Origin: Hormiphora californensis
Taxonomy: Eukaryota > Animalia > Ctenophora
NCBI GenBank assembly: GCA_020137815.1
Contig: CM035350.1
Location: forward strand, 6,138,001 to 6,202,000
Reading direction: 5' to 3'
DNA length: 64,000 bases
This document shows positions 36,301 through 49,127 of this stretch, piece after piece; position 1 is the first letter of the stretch, and the number at the start of each line of letters is the position of its first letter. A program made the position numbers and the translations under genes. Below the pieces are notes generated by a model that saw nothing but the letters and a program-made list of their open reading frames with translations, was not told the DNA's origin and ran no database searches.

Positions 36301-39300
36301 TCCCCTCACTCCCTACACTACTGTACTGGTCACTGTGCGTTAACACCTTGTGGGGGAGGATATGTTACTTATCAGATGAAACATAGGGAAATAGAAACAT
36401 ACAATATTATTTGCATTATATGTTTTAATATTCCCCTCGTTGTGTGAAGCTGTGAAGAAAGGAAATCATGGCCTAGATGACCTCACTTTTCAGTTTTCAC
36501 TCACTTTTCAAATTGATAGTAGATTTGATAAAGATACCTTGGGGGTGAGAGCAAAGTTTTTGCAGAAGTAGTGGAGTGTCCAGGTTGGGAGTGATCTGAT
36601 CTCCAAGACACCATCATCCCGACTCATTACACACCAATGGGTCAGCCCGGGAACTGCTGTTACCAACGGTGGGCCAGGATCTGGCTCATTTTCACCCTAA
36701 ATAATGGATCTGTGCTTATACAGCGACGCAAAAAATAATAGGAGACACTAGAAATGAGGACCCGTTTGCACGATATATTGCCCCTGAAGCTAACATGGCA
36801 TTTTTACCATGGCATCTTTTTCCGGATTTCCGTACAGCAATTCTTCTACATTCTCCTCTTCTTCCGCATCTCCGTCTCCTCCTCCTCCTGTCTTGGTCTC
36901 AGGGACCTCTATATCGGGGGAGAGGGTCGTGGAAAACAGCCCTGATTCATCCGTGTAGGTGGTCACACATCTGAGAGAAAAGGGAGAGGAGAGATATAGA
37001 TTTGGAGTTCTCAGTTCCTTGCCAGGGCCCAGGTCATGCAGGGTAGCTGAAAATCTCAATCAAAATGTAATGCACACAAGCCCGTATCACAGTCATATCA
37101 CTTACACAATATGAGTGGATGGAGTATCGGACAGGACGAGTTGTGCCTTCCCCTCCTTAGTGACGACCACACCCAGCAACTTGACTACTCCCGAACTGAG
37201 GACCAGCACCCCGAACGGGTCACTGATGCTTGCCCCCGAGATAGTCTCCTGTAACTCCACCTTATGCAGCAGAGTCCCCTCCTCCAGTAACATCACACTC
37301 CTGGGGCACACTTGGACTATATAGTGCCGAATATTACCCACGTAGAGTGTCGTCTCAGAGGTAGCAAAACCAGACTCCTCAAGCTCCGAAATATCCTCCC
37401 CTGAGAAATGAAGAGAGGTTTTAAAAGATAACCAAAGGGATTAGTCCAAAAACCAATTAAATAAATTTTGTTTGGATGCCCGGGGGGTAACACCTTTAGG
37501 CTACTGCCATAAATAACGGCATTATACATTATAATATCTCGTCAATTGTTAATTATTATCCTTATCTGGGAGGCCGGGGATCGGACGAGGAACGGGTACG
37601 TAATGAAATTACCCCTCCGCACTATAATAGCTCACGGAGGGGTGACTTCGTAACCAAACATACCGGTCTGTAGAACAAGGGTGCTGTCAGCCTTCGCCAG
37701 GATCAGGAAATCGTGGAGGGTGGATTGTACAGGTTTAATAGTCCACATATTGTAGATGGTAGGAAGATCAAATGTTGAGTTGATCACCGGTCTAATAGAG
37801 TTTTGGAATACTGACAGGGCTCCATTTTTACCGTACCTGGGATGGGGGGGGGGGGGGGATATTCAGTACGAACTAATAACAAAACCAACCCAATTGTAAA
37901 CCAAGAACAAACAATTCAGAGGTGGTCATGTTTTGTTGATAGTTCGAAATCGAACCACAACTTCAAAGAACCTTTTCAAGCAGGTAACACGTACCCACTA
38001 CAGGTGACGACCTCAAGATCAGTGTGATGTTTGCTCCGGTACTCCTCGCTGACATGGGGGGACTCTCCCACTGTCATTTGGGTAATCGGTGAGAAGTTGA
38101 TGAGGCTATCCGTCACCTCAAAGGAGTAGGTGGCTAGTCTCGCCTCGTGTTGGGAATCTGTACAGCCGTATAACTCTCTATCCACCTCGTCCTCCTCGTA
38201 CTGCGGGGTGTGTGTTAGAACTGTAGCAGAATTGAGGAGTTATTATATGGGGGCTGTCACATGGTTCTTTAGTCACAATGTAATCATGGTAATAATGGGG
38301 GAGGGTTCGAAATATTGTCTCATATTATAGCTACTGGCCGTAAACAGTAGTTCTATAATAATATACCCTAGTTCGCTTATGGGCGTACTCCTCCAAATTT
38401 TTAGCAGCAACACTGCTCTGTTCCTGGTAGTGGAGGAGGATGGAGTTACCAAACCTTGAACCGAGGAAGATGTAGCTACCTGCAGGAAATAATGGGTTTG
38501 AAATTACCGACAAAAACAGCAAACCGACAGAGAAAAATGGGAATAACTAACCGGCTGCCATGCAGAGACAAGATGTGATAACAGATGTAGCTGCTTTCTT
38601 CCAGTCAAACTGTTTGATACTTCGCATTCCATCACTTAGTAGCGTTATTAGATAGATATCCCCTGATTTGAGGGATAATATCACCCTCTCTCCTTCCATT
38701 ATTGCAGCATGAGAATCGTCCAGTGTTAGTACCATGTTACATTGCTGAACCTGGGATGTTAACTAGCATTAGGGGAGGGGGCAACAATAAACCCGGCAGT
38801 TAGGGTTACGGTCTTTATAGGTAGTTATATGTATGGTTAGTTGTAACTCAAATACTCATAATACCTCTAGAGGAAAATCAGTAGTTTGACATGCCAGTGA
38901 ATTGAGCATTATACCAAATGGAGGTACTGACTGATTCAGGTACATAAGAGAGTTCACAGCAAAAACAAGTACACCTGTAAATAAAGAACATTATTTATGG
39001 TTCAACATGTTTACTTTGCACCATTCGTCAAGTCGTGTATAATGTTTTTCTTTACCTCCGGTGGGTTTTGGGATGGGTAGCACGTAGAGACTATCAAATG
39101 GGAGATTGTTCTGTGACCAGATAATGGGATGAACTCGATCCCTAATGTTTAGTGCTATTGCCACTATTGAGCAGGTATCACGACGGACAGCCACTCGACC
39201 AGGCCAGGTCCTCAGCGGCTCGTAGAGCAGTAGAATAGTGGGTTCACTGTAGCCGTGGAGAAATTGGAAATCCTTAACATTGTTAACCTTCTCATCCAAA

Positions 39301-40218
39301 GCCTTCAAATCGACCACGTAACTAGAGGGGGTTACAGTGTGACAGAAAAGAGCCGAGTGTGAGAATATATATCACCTCACACAACCCTCCACCTCCTTCT
39401 CTAACCCTTCTTTAAAGGAGAGAGAATTGGTCGAACAAGTTCCACCTACCTTTATTATGTTCTAACCCTTCTTTACAGGATAGGAGAGAACAAGTTCCAC
39501 CTACCTCTGACAAGCAGAATCAGCCATGTTCTTGGTCGCCTTTATTAGGGGAATTACAACAAGTCGAGATCCGTAGATCAGCATGGCCGCACTACGGTTC
39601 TTAGCATCCACACGAACCTGTACAGGGTGTCAACATGATAACTGGTTTTAGTAAAATCACTACATCACAATATATCTGGTAAATACACACACTTATGCCA
39701 CACCTGAGGCTGGAAGCTCTGCTGTAGAAACATTGTCCTCTGATCATCCTGTTCGTAGTTGTACAACATGCGAGTTTTAATGGCATGTGACGAGGGGTCG
39801 TAGTCCACCACGGCCAGCTGGGCCTCTCCAACAGCAATGAGGAGGGAGTGTCTCTTGTTTCCCGGATATTTAGCAGTCGCCATCGAACTAATCATACCAT
39901 ACAAATTGTAGCTCAGCACCTGAATGTCTATTTTATTACAGCAATACAATACAACATCAGTGATAAGATTAAAATAAATTAACATGTCAAAGATCACAGG
40001 AAACTGAAAGGCATTATAACGGTGTATTAGTTGCCTACCTGTTCTAACCGATGTCGTATAATTTGTCCCTCCTCTTGTATCGGTACATAGCGGAAGACTC
40101 TTAACAAACTACCACCCGCAACGATTAGATTGGGCTCTTTTGCGTTGATGAAGTTACAGTGGCAGCAGTGATCCACTGAGGTGGGCGGATGGTTTAGTCT
40201 GTAAACCCCAAAAACCAT
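27337..40218 (-). CDS. CPSF1: Cleavage and polyadenylation specificity factor subunit 1 (CPSF160)
   Basis: Many exons: [13 protein letters not shown] (ATG 40218), [116 protein letters not shown]. Last exon 27523-27337. Confidence 0.96.
28452..28586. repeat. Intronic hairpin (inverted repeat) just inside a CPSF1 5' splice site
   Basis: CAGTTGATCACTTTTGTTCTGAAGATTGCA (28452-28481) pairs with TGCAATCTTCAGAACAAAAGTGATCAACTG (28557-28586); pairing continues inward. Confidence 0.85.
29035..31306 (-). CDS. Intronless F-box/WD40 protein (FBXW-like), nested same-strand in a CPSF1 intron; about 4 frameshifts (sequencing errors or pseudogene)
   Basis: F-box [32 protein letters not shown]40 repeats [38 protein letters not shown] and [10 protein letters not shown]. 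Split over four ORFs. Confidence 0.85.
34513..35287 (+). CDS. CAP/SCP (PR-1/GAPR-like) secreted protein with a C-terminal hydrophobic (GPI/TM) tail, nested antisense in a CPSF1 intron
   Basis: Exons 34513-34911 and 35045-35287. Signal peptide [17 protein letters not shown]; [34 protein letters not shown]. Confidence 0.92.
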
Positions 40219-40429
40219 CCTATTAGCGATGAAATGTTCAGTAAGCATGTAAATGAATAAATAATATTGATTTCGAAATTCCAAGTCAATATAGTCTCAA
40301 TACAGTCTCGCCCTCACTCCCCCACAGGTCACAGCCCCCAAGGGCCATGAATATGAATATGAATATGAACTTCACAATGTATATCGAGTCAATATAAAGA
40401 AAATATATGACTCTCCCGCTCTTACACTA

Positions 40430-42103
40430 GGGTAGACCGGGGTAATTTGGACGGTGGGGCAATGTGGTCACAGGACGGGGCAATGTGGACTAGTGATTTA
40501 TATGGGACTTTTAAATTGTGGTGTTTAGTGTGAAATAACGAAAAATGACGACTTTAAAGTTAAACTTTATTTCGGTAAACTTAATTATGATAATTATTTA
40601 AATTAAGGGTCAGAATTTCACAATATGATACTTTTCTATTCAGTTTCATCATCAAAATGACATTAGCTTTCGATTTAATTAGCTAATTGGCATTTTAATG
40701 AAGCGGGGCAATTCGGACAATTTGGGGCAATTCGGACGAAAAAATCGGGGGCAATTCGGTCATAATCCAGATTGCCCCATGGGGCAATTTGGACTAGACC
40801 AAATTGCCCCATGGGGCAAATTGGTTAAAACAAATTGGCCTCATGGCGCCATTATACTCGTTTCTATGGTAACCATCGACAACCTGCTTTCATAATTATC
40901 CTATTCAATCAATATAGATGGCTAAAAATGAGTAAATAGACCAAAAAATAGAAAAAGGCGCATTTTACAACCAATTCTCTGGATGCCAAGGTAACAAGTC
41001 AATCCATGGTGTGGCATTCGACAAACCAACTTCATAGGGTGCTCCAGAATATCTAGGACTGGTGCTTTGATGACCAAAAGTAGTGTTTTATCTTGATAAT
41101 CATCCATTATATGCAGCTGATATAACTGAATAAAGGGATAAATTACAGGCTAACTTAGAGCAATAGGCATACATTTGATAACCAAAGCCACTGACTGGCT
41201 GGTAACTGAAGGTAGTCTGATGTCTCATTGTGACTCACAATCATGTTTAAATAATCGATAGTCTAATAATACGGATGTAATGGGTGAGTTTGTAGCAAGA
41301 AAATAGTACATTAATGCAAATTCGCCGGTTGCTATGGTAACAAACTCCGTTGCTATAGTAACCCCAGGGAATTGCATTGAGTGGGAATCGGCCACTAACA
41401 TGATTAATTAGACTGGATCCCCATAATAGTAATTTCTGGCCTTGTAAGCACCTGAAAACACAAACAGCATTCCTTTGAAAACCGTAGCTTTATTTGTGGT
41501 TTTTTTATCTTTGATGTCGATTTTCTCAAAAACCCTATTTGGGATTAGATTAAATCTTTTTCTAATCGACTAGGCTAATCCTGAGCTTTCGAAAATGCAC
41601 CCTATAGATATAGATCTGATGAACACTTAATTTTTTGGTTAATTAGGCTAATTACTACTTAATTAACTAATTTTGAAAAAGGAATAACACGGGATACTAA
41701 ATTACTAGATGGCTGAAAAGTTTGAAATCGATATCTCAAAAACTGTGGCTACAATCTAAGTTTGTCCAAATAGCCCCAACCTCGGTCTGATTTACATCGC
41801 AGATTTACAGCTGGGGCAATGTGGTGTGTCGCGGTCACGTGACTGAATGCGCACATTGTGATTGGTGTAGAAGTCACTAGTCCAAATTGCCCCGTGTCTC
41901 GCGATCAAAAATATTCCGACTTACCTTCATTAACAAGGTTAATTAGCTATCTAAAAGTTATGTTTTCGATTCAAATTTGTTCTGAGGCTCAAGATAAAGG
42001 TTCAGTTGCACAAATTGAGTAGCTAACTAATTGATTAAGTAAATTAATGGCTCTTGAAATACCAATTGAATGCAAAAACCGTCCAAATTACCCCGGTCTA
42101 CCC
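40430..42103. mobile_element. Non-autonomous Tc1/mariner-pogo-like DNA transposon (TA TSD, 26-bp perfect TIR)
   Basis: TA|GGGTAGACCGGGGTAATTTGGACGGT ... ACCGTCCAAATTACCCCGGTCTACCC|TA. Internal GGGGCAATNYGG repeats; no transposase ORF. Confidence 0.9.
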
Positions 42104-42562
42104 TATACGTATAAAATATAGTTAAAAATTAAGTACATTAATATACGCTTCCAGGCCGAGGCTAATAGCACAACAGCAGTTACCTAAAGCGGGACAAACA
42201 CACACAGACGAACCAATGAGACTGGTAACAATGAGCTGAGAGCCAAACGGACAGATAGATTTAACCAGATTTAATAAATTACTAAAATCGAATAGAAAAA
42301 GGCGAATAAGTTAGTTAAAAATACGGTAGTTACAAAACACCACCACACATACACACAATACAATACAATACAATACAAAATATAAATTTATAATCCGCTT
42401 TTCAACTGTCCGTATTTACGGCACAGCACAAGTTCTGCTGCTGGGAGTCAGATTCATCGTCACATCCTCTTTCATCCTCAACAGCCCTCGCTCCAAAAGC
42501 GGCTAGCTTTACAGCAAGATTATGAAGTAATAGTTTATGTAGGGGGCATTTATAATATAGCT

Positions 42563-43507
42563 CTATCCTACTTGGATTATATTGTTTTTGATGTAGTACT
42601 TTCCGCCCGGGTCCTCTAAGCGGAGCTTTTTCAAGGTATTTATAAGGGCTTTTCGCTCCTTAATTTGGATCGGTGTTAAATCTGGCGACAAGTAAACAGC
42701 TGCGAAATATTCCGAGGTCTTGAGCTGTCGCGACTTTTTCAGCAGCGCCATAAGTGTTGCTCGTCTTTCAAATGAAACCAAAAGTGGTCGAGGGCCCTTC
42801 TCGTTTTTCTCGCCGATACGTTTCATAGCGTGAACTTTCGGTTTTTCGTTCAGCTCAGCAAACAAACCATCAACACTGGTCTTGGTCAAGCGGTCAGTTG
42901 TTTCAGGAATACCGAAAATAACAAGGTTTTTATCCCTCTCTGACAATGGTGCGTGAGTTGGTTCTTGAGAAGATTTTCTCACCACTGGAGAGACTGCAGC
43001 ATAGTTTTGAGCAAGTACAGTAGAGTAAGCTTTCACCTTCTGCACTGAAGTTGTCATTGAACTGAGTTGCTCCTGTTGGTTGTTGATCAAGGTTTGTTGC
43101 AGCTCGATCACCGTAACACGGTGGCGGTCAAGTTCTTCTTTACACTTACTCAACTGGTCTTCTAGTTTCCTCGTACTACTAACCTCATCAAGGCTAAACA
43201 TTGAACACTTCAGAAGTTTCACAACGGACAAAAATGTTTTACACGTAGTGTCAATGATTTCCTCTTTAGATAAGTTCTTGAGAATACGTCTAAAGTGAGA
43301 GCATATTTTGTCACCAGGTGAACCAAGTTTTGACTCAGGGAATTGTTTGATAAAGTTGTAACTATTCGTTACTTGTTGCGGTTCAAAAGTTATCTCTTCC
43401 GAGGTATCCTCGTAATCCATTCTCATAATTTCCATAACATGGTCGTTCACTGCTTTTATCAATCGTTCTCTCGTAGGGTTATCGCCCTCGTTGTCTTTCG
43501 TTCCCAT
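42563..43507 (-). CDS. LINE ORF1-like protein (CR1/L2-type; coiled coil plus RRM-like/C-terminal domain)
   Basis: 314 aa uninterrupted from ATG 43507. Coiled coil followed by ERDKNLVIFGIPE, RIG..PRPLLVSF and VYLSPDLTP..ERKAL, typical of non-LTR ORF1 proteins. Confidence 0.85.
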   Translation of the reverse strand: MGTKDNEGDNPTRERLIKAVNDHVMEIMRMDYEDTSEEITFEPQQVTNSYNFIKQFPESKLGSPGDKICSHFRRILKNLSKEEIIDTTCKTFLSVVKLLKCSMFSLDEVSSTRKLEDQLSKCKEELDRHRVTVIELQQTLINNQQEQLSSMTTSVQKVKAYSTVLAQNYAAVSPVVRKSSQEPTHAPLSERDKNLVIFGIPETTDRLTKTSVDGLFAELNEKPKVHAMKRIGEKNEKGPRPLLVSFERRATLMALLKKSRQLKTSEYFAAVYLSPDLTPIQIKERKALINTLKKLRLEDPGGKYYIKNNIIQVG

Positions 43508-43527
43508 CACTACCTAGAGGCTCACGC

Positions 43528-43565
43528 CTCAGATTAATTTGTTTAAAGTAGTGTTGAAAAGTTTG

Positions 43566-43569
<4 letters not shown>
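43528..43569 (-). other. Second genomic spliced-leader copy (1 mismatch), at the 5' end of the ORF1 element
   Basis: Minus strand GTTTCAAACTTTTCAACACTACTTTAAACAAATTAATCTGAG, then GCGTGAGCC...; no GT donor. Confidence 0.85.

Positions 43570-43632
<63 letters not shown>
43569..43632. repeat. (CA)n microsatellite abutting the SL copy
   Basis: About 32 CA units seen directly. Confidence 0.95.
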
Positions 43633-43634
<2 letters not shown>

Positions 43635-44020
43635 GGGCACCGGCCAAGTCTCGAACTATTGACGTAAAGTAACCCATACCCAAGTCCCAAAGCCTGATAT
43701 TAGTATAATATCACACACTGTATGTCCCTCCTTGTGGGGATGCATGCGAGGGGACTCGGGAGTCGGGGTTGCTAACATGCCAACGAAAAAAGAAAAACTG
43801 AAAAACGGCCATCTTGGATTCTGATATATTTCAAAGTATGAAATTCGATTATCTTAGCGCCGCCAAACGTGCCGCGCACGATGTGTTGGCTCACGCGCGC
43901 GTAAAAAGCTAGAAAATGTCAAATTTTTTGATCTGTCCGAATCTTCTTTTTCAAAAAAATCTCGGTTTCTCTTCGAATTCAGCCGGTAACGGCTTAAGAG
44001 GTCTACGTACAGGATTTAAC

Positions 44021-44900
44021 ATGAACTTGGACGGTAAACTACTCCCTTACCATGTATTGGCCACCTGGTATATCCACATTGTATCGTTGGCGGCACTCCT
44101 GTGCTACGGAATAACAATGTACTACGAGTTTGAGGACTCAACTGCAACTGTGTGTCATGTCTGGAACCTCTTACCCTCATTTTCATCTACTGTTGGAAAC
44201 TATACACCCCAAAGGTGACTTTGTGCAATAATATAATTCAAAATAGCAAATTTGTGTCATGTCGGTTCTGAATTTACTACGTTACACTGCTACATTTAGA
44301 CCTTCTATTGAACACAGGTACATCTGGAGACTACTTGTAGGAGTTTCCTGTGTCATGCGATCCCTCGCAGTTTGGATGTTCTACAAAAATCTCCAGCGGT
44401 TTCAGAAACAGGGTGCACTTGTGTTTGCTTTCAGTTGTCTGCGGAGTCTAGAAATCTTTGGTGGGTATAATAATCAAATAATGTATTCATTCGTACATGT
44501 CATTTTCATGAACATTCTAGAGCTTGACGTGTATTCTGTTCTTGCAGGTCTCCTTCTCTTGACAATGTTTGCCTCCACGGAAGTGTTCCCTCTCCATGCC
44601 TTTGGTTTCAGCCTCTTTTTCTTCTGCTCAACTGTCAACATTTTCGCGGTATCGAGGTTGTTACACAACGGAGTCACGGGATCTGGACTAATAAACAGAC
44701 AGACAGTATATTTCCCACTAATTTATATCATTACCTTCCTGGGGTGTTTTGTTTCCTACATAGTGCACGATTGGTACTGCATCAGTGGAGTTTACACTAT
44801 TTTTGGTGCCCTGGAACTTATTATGATATTTTCAAACATCATGTTTTGGACACACTGTGATGCGCTCGACTGGAGAGGCTATACTATTTCCATCGAATAA
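44021..44900 (+). CDS. PGAP2: Post-GPI attachment to proteins factor 2 (Frag1/DRAM/Sfk1 family)
   Basis: Exons 44021-44214, 44318-44460, 44548-44900. CHVWNLLPSFSSTVGNYTPQRYIWR and HDWYCISGVYTIFGALE; multi-TM. Confidence 0.85.
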
Positions 44901-45131
44901 TAATTGATGTAGTAATTATTATCTGAATTAATTAGATCTATTTATAATTATGAGTGTATTTTATTATCTTTGATTGATATATTTGATTGGCTGTTTACTT
45001 TATCCCCACCATCCGACCCAATTAACATTTCCAACCCTCACTAACTGACACCCTGCTCTCTTGATCGTCACTATTCGTTTATTCTCCCGATTGGCTGATA
45101 ATATTCTTTGTTTACTCTGATAGGTCATACC

Positions 45132-48100
45132 ATGGTGGCCAAGGATAAAAAACCTAAAAAATCCCGACCTTCATCCGCTACCAAAAAAGACTCAGAGAAC
45201 ACCGTCTGCAGTATACCAGAGGATGCCAGCGTGACAACAGATACAGAGAGTACTATCCTAGGAGCCGTTGTATTCCTGCTATCATGCGGAGTGTATTGTC
45301 TCACTATGTACCCTGGCCTACCCATGGGGGATAGCGGGGAGTTCATGGTTACCAGTATAGACTTTGGGGTATCCCACCCTCCCGGGTATCCCCTTTTTAC
45401 AACACTGTGTTATGCGGCCATTAATTTGATACCACTTGGTTCCCCTGCCTGGCGGATTAACCTCTTGTCAGTGCTATTCGGGGCGTTGTTTAACCTTGTT
45501 ATTTTCCTACTTGTCAGTAAAATTGGAAGAAACAGTATTGTAGGGCTACTGACTGCCTGCTGGATTGGATTTTCTCGTCTCTTCTGGATGTGGTCAATTC
45601 AAGGCGAGATTTTCTCTCTCAACAACTTTTTCTGTGCTCTTCTCATGCTCCGAGCGTACTATTTCGAGGCGGCAGTAGAGCGAAATGAGGTGTACCGGCA
45701 AGCTAAGATATCCGCTTTGGTTAGTGGTCTCTCCCTTTCTAACCAGCACACTTCAGTCCTCTACATCGCTCCCTTTGCCTTGCGTGTGGCATACAGAACA
45801 CTTATAACTGAGAAGCACGGTATAGCTGATGCGGTGAGGATCTCACTGTGCGGTCTGGTGGGAATGTCATGGTATCTTCAGATGCCACTCTCTAACTTCC
45901 TCGTTACCCCTCGAGTCACATGGGGTGATTTCAGTTCCTTTCACAACCTTGTTCGACACATGCTGCGTCTCGATTACGGGAGTTCTTTTGTCCTCGTGGC
46001 TGGTACTAGCAAGAGCACATTTTTCCAGAACTTTGCAGCTTTTTTCCGAGATTCATCAACAGAACTCTCGTTTGGAACGTGGTGTTGTGCCATGTTTTTG
46101 GTAGCCACGGCCCTCAGAAACTCGGCCTCTCTCCCTAAAAGGGTGCTGTGTGTTATTCTCAGTATGCTGGCGTGCTATTTCGCTGTGTTTTGTACCCTGG
46201 CCAATATTGATCTGAGTGAAGGCGATGGACTAAGTAGGGGTGTCTTGGAGAGGTTCTGGATGCAACCCAGTGTTGGACTTATCGTGGTAGCGGGGGTTGG
46301 ACTTTGCAAACTTCTTCTCTTTCTCGCAGCCCGGGTCCACTGTATCTTCAGTAACAAAGGATTTCAACTTGTTCTGGCAGTTGCCCTGATCTCGGTGCAG
46401 GTCCAAAAGAACTACGCAGAGAACAATGAATCAGATAACCACTACTCTCTTCACTACGCCAACTCTATCCTCCCCATCCTGCCCCCTAACAGCCTAATGT
46501 TAACTGGGGGTGATCTACCTACTAACGTGTTCCGGTATCATACCATCTGTGAGCAAATCAGGCCTGATGTCCGCGTTCTCGACATGCAATTCATGGCCGC
46601 GGATTGGTTCAGAGATGTCCTGGCCCCCACGACGTTCACTGGTGTAAACATACCGGGGGTTTACCGGCCCTACAAAACAGACAAACTGAAAACTGGACAG
46701 TACAATTTGGCCGTTTTTCTGGAGAAGAATATTGACAAGTTTGATATTTTTGTGTGTAACAGTGTGAGATCGGATGAGACATCGCACCAGGAGAATTTCT
46801 ATATGATCCCTGTTAGGACCTGTAAACAGTTCATTCGGAAATCTGATCGCAACCCTGTCGAGGTAAAAATAATTAATTGGTTAATTAGTTAATTATCGGT
46901 AGATTCAGGTTCTAGTTCAGTTTCGGCTCTTTGAAAGTGTAGAAACAATAAACGCGTGTTACACTTTGCTGACATTTTCCATAGAAAGCATAGCTGATTC
47001 CGCTAGATACGAAACTGAACAAAATTGTTTACACTATTGCCACGCGCACGCAAAACTATTTTCCAGAACAGTCACTACTATTGTGCAGAGTTTCGTTCTG
47101 CTACAGTCACTACTATTGTACAGAGTTTCGTTCCAACATGTTCCCAACTAACACTACCCAGCACACCCTTCCTCCCCAGGTTGTTGATAAATACCCTGCC
47201 ATCAAGCTAAACGAGTGGCCCATGCCCCCACTTCACCAGTACGAGGATCGGACCTGGGAACATACCCTCATGCTGACCTATATCAACTCCCTGGGGGAGC
47301 GGGGGAACATGCTCTGGCTGGCTGCTGTAGCAACCACCCACACCCAGAACAGACGGTACCTTCTGGAGCACGGTCTGGTGAGGATGGAGGCTGGGGTGAA
47401 GGAGTTTGAGAGGGCGGTGGAGAGTGGGTTGTTGAAGGAGGATGATTGGAGCCTGGCTTATGATCATCTGGGCAAAAATATGGGACATTTCTGTATGATC
47501 CTTCGGTGGTTGGTAAGTATAGAGGGTCTCTTTTGAAAAGAGGTAGAGAGAGAGAGAGAGAGGTAGAGAGATAGGGTATTGGGAGGGGATAGAGAGAAGG
47601 TCTTTCCTGCAGGGGGTCAAGGGAGGGAATGGACCATAGGGAGGAGGGGGGGGTGTATCGAGAGAGTAATGAAACTTGATTGTTGTTGAAGGTCAGTATT
47701 TTATGGGAGAGTAGTAACTGCTGTCAGAGACTGATAAATACCAATGCTCATAAATAAGTAATTAGCTGGCCGGTGGGCTACTGGTTATGAATTTATGAGA
47801 AAATATTAAAGGAGGGATAATACTTCCCTGTGAGTGGTTGCTCTCTCTTTCTATGGAGGCAGCTGGGGCCGGCATAATGTAGTAGTGGAACCAATTGTCT
47901 TGACCCATGATTAATGAACATAGAGAGAGGGAGAGAGAAAGAGGGGGATAGAGTAATGAGTATTTCCGCGAGCAGACTCCGGGAGGGAGAATGGGAGAAA
48001 GAACGGGGAGACTGAGACAACAAAACAGACAGAGAAAAAGCAATCCAAATTAACTTGTATATTATTCAGGTTGAGCAAGATGGTGACCAAAAGATTATGG

Positions 48101-48255
48101 CAGAACGTCTGCCAAAACTGGAGGCTTGTGGTAGGAAATACTGGCAAATATTTGTAGACTATGCCAGTTTGATGAGGAAAGAACAGCAGTTAGTCTCAGA
48201 GCTACGGAGATACCTCGCCATGAAATCATTTATGGGGCTAAGTTTTGCTATCTAA
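45132..48255 (+). CDS. TMEM260: TMEM260 protein O-mannosyltransferase (DUF2723)
   Basis: Exons 45132-46862, 47180-47512, 48070-48255. GDSGEF..GVSHPPGYPLFT, LSNQHT, HMLRLDYGS, ERFWMQ. Confidence 0.92.
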
Positions 48256-48644
48256 ATCTGGGTTGATGAAAATACTTTTCGTTTATTAAATTGTACGTTG
48301 TGGTGTTTCAGTGGAGTTATTATTATCAAGTAGATGTAGTAGGGTCTGCTGTGCAGATAATAGACAGTGTACTAATAGACAGTACTAGGAAGAGAGACAA
48401 TAAAGGGAGGGACAGAGAGAAAAAGAGACAGAGAGACAAAGGAATTATTGCTAGGAGTATTGTCTCTCCTTTTGTTAACTCATACAGGCAAGGACAATAC
48501 CTGAGTGTCATATGTATTTTATCTTTTTTGTACTTATCCTTTTCGTTGCTGGGGTTAAAATATGTATATTGCCAGAGTTAAAAAACGTTTCAGATCGAGT
48601 TAGAAAAAAGTTAAAAAGAGAGATAGATAGAGAGAGTGTGTGTT

Positions 48645-48687
<43 letters not shown>

Positions 48688-49127
48688 AAGAGAAAGAGAG
48701 AGATAGAAAGAGAGCTGAGATAAGTGTACAACTGTATGTGTAGCACTACACGAACAGTTTAGTTGTAAATAGTAGAGCTTGTATGTTCTTTTATATTATC
48801 CTGTATATTGTGGTGTGTATTATTACATGTGATATTCTTGATCAACGTTAAACAAACCGTTTTATAAAAACAAACCTTGTTTTATTGATACTATCGGCAT
48901 TCGGCTATACCCATTCTCTAATTACTGTCTGAAGTGTTGACAGTAGAAACTATAAACTCTTCTTCCAGCAAACTTTATTTATCGCTAATTTCTTTCATCA
49001 CAATCTCCTTGTAAACAGACGTGAAGATACAATATCCCTCCAATATCTACCCTAACTTGTCTCACCGGCCGGTTTTGTATTCCCATAACATCCCCCCTCT
49101 CTCTAATTCTACAGAGCTGCTGCAGTG

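Larger units (their letters stand above)
42356..43569 (-). mobile_element. Spliced-leader-capped, ORF1-only non-LTR retroposon (half-LINE) inserted in a TG microsatellite
   Basis: Order on the minus strand: SL copy 43569-43528, 20-nt UTR, ORF1-like ORF, about 190-nt 3' UTR, (TATTG)4 tail at 42375-42356. TG-rich sequence on both flanks. Confidence 0.8.
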
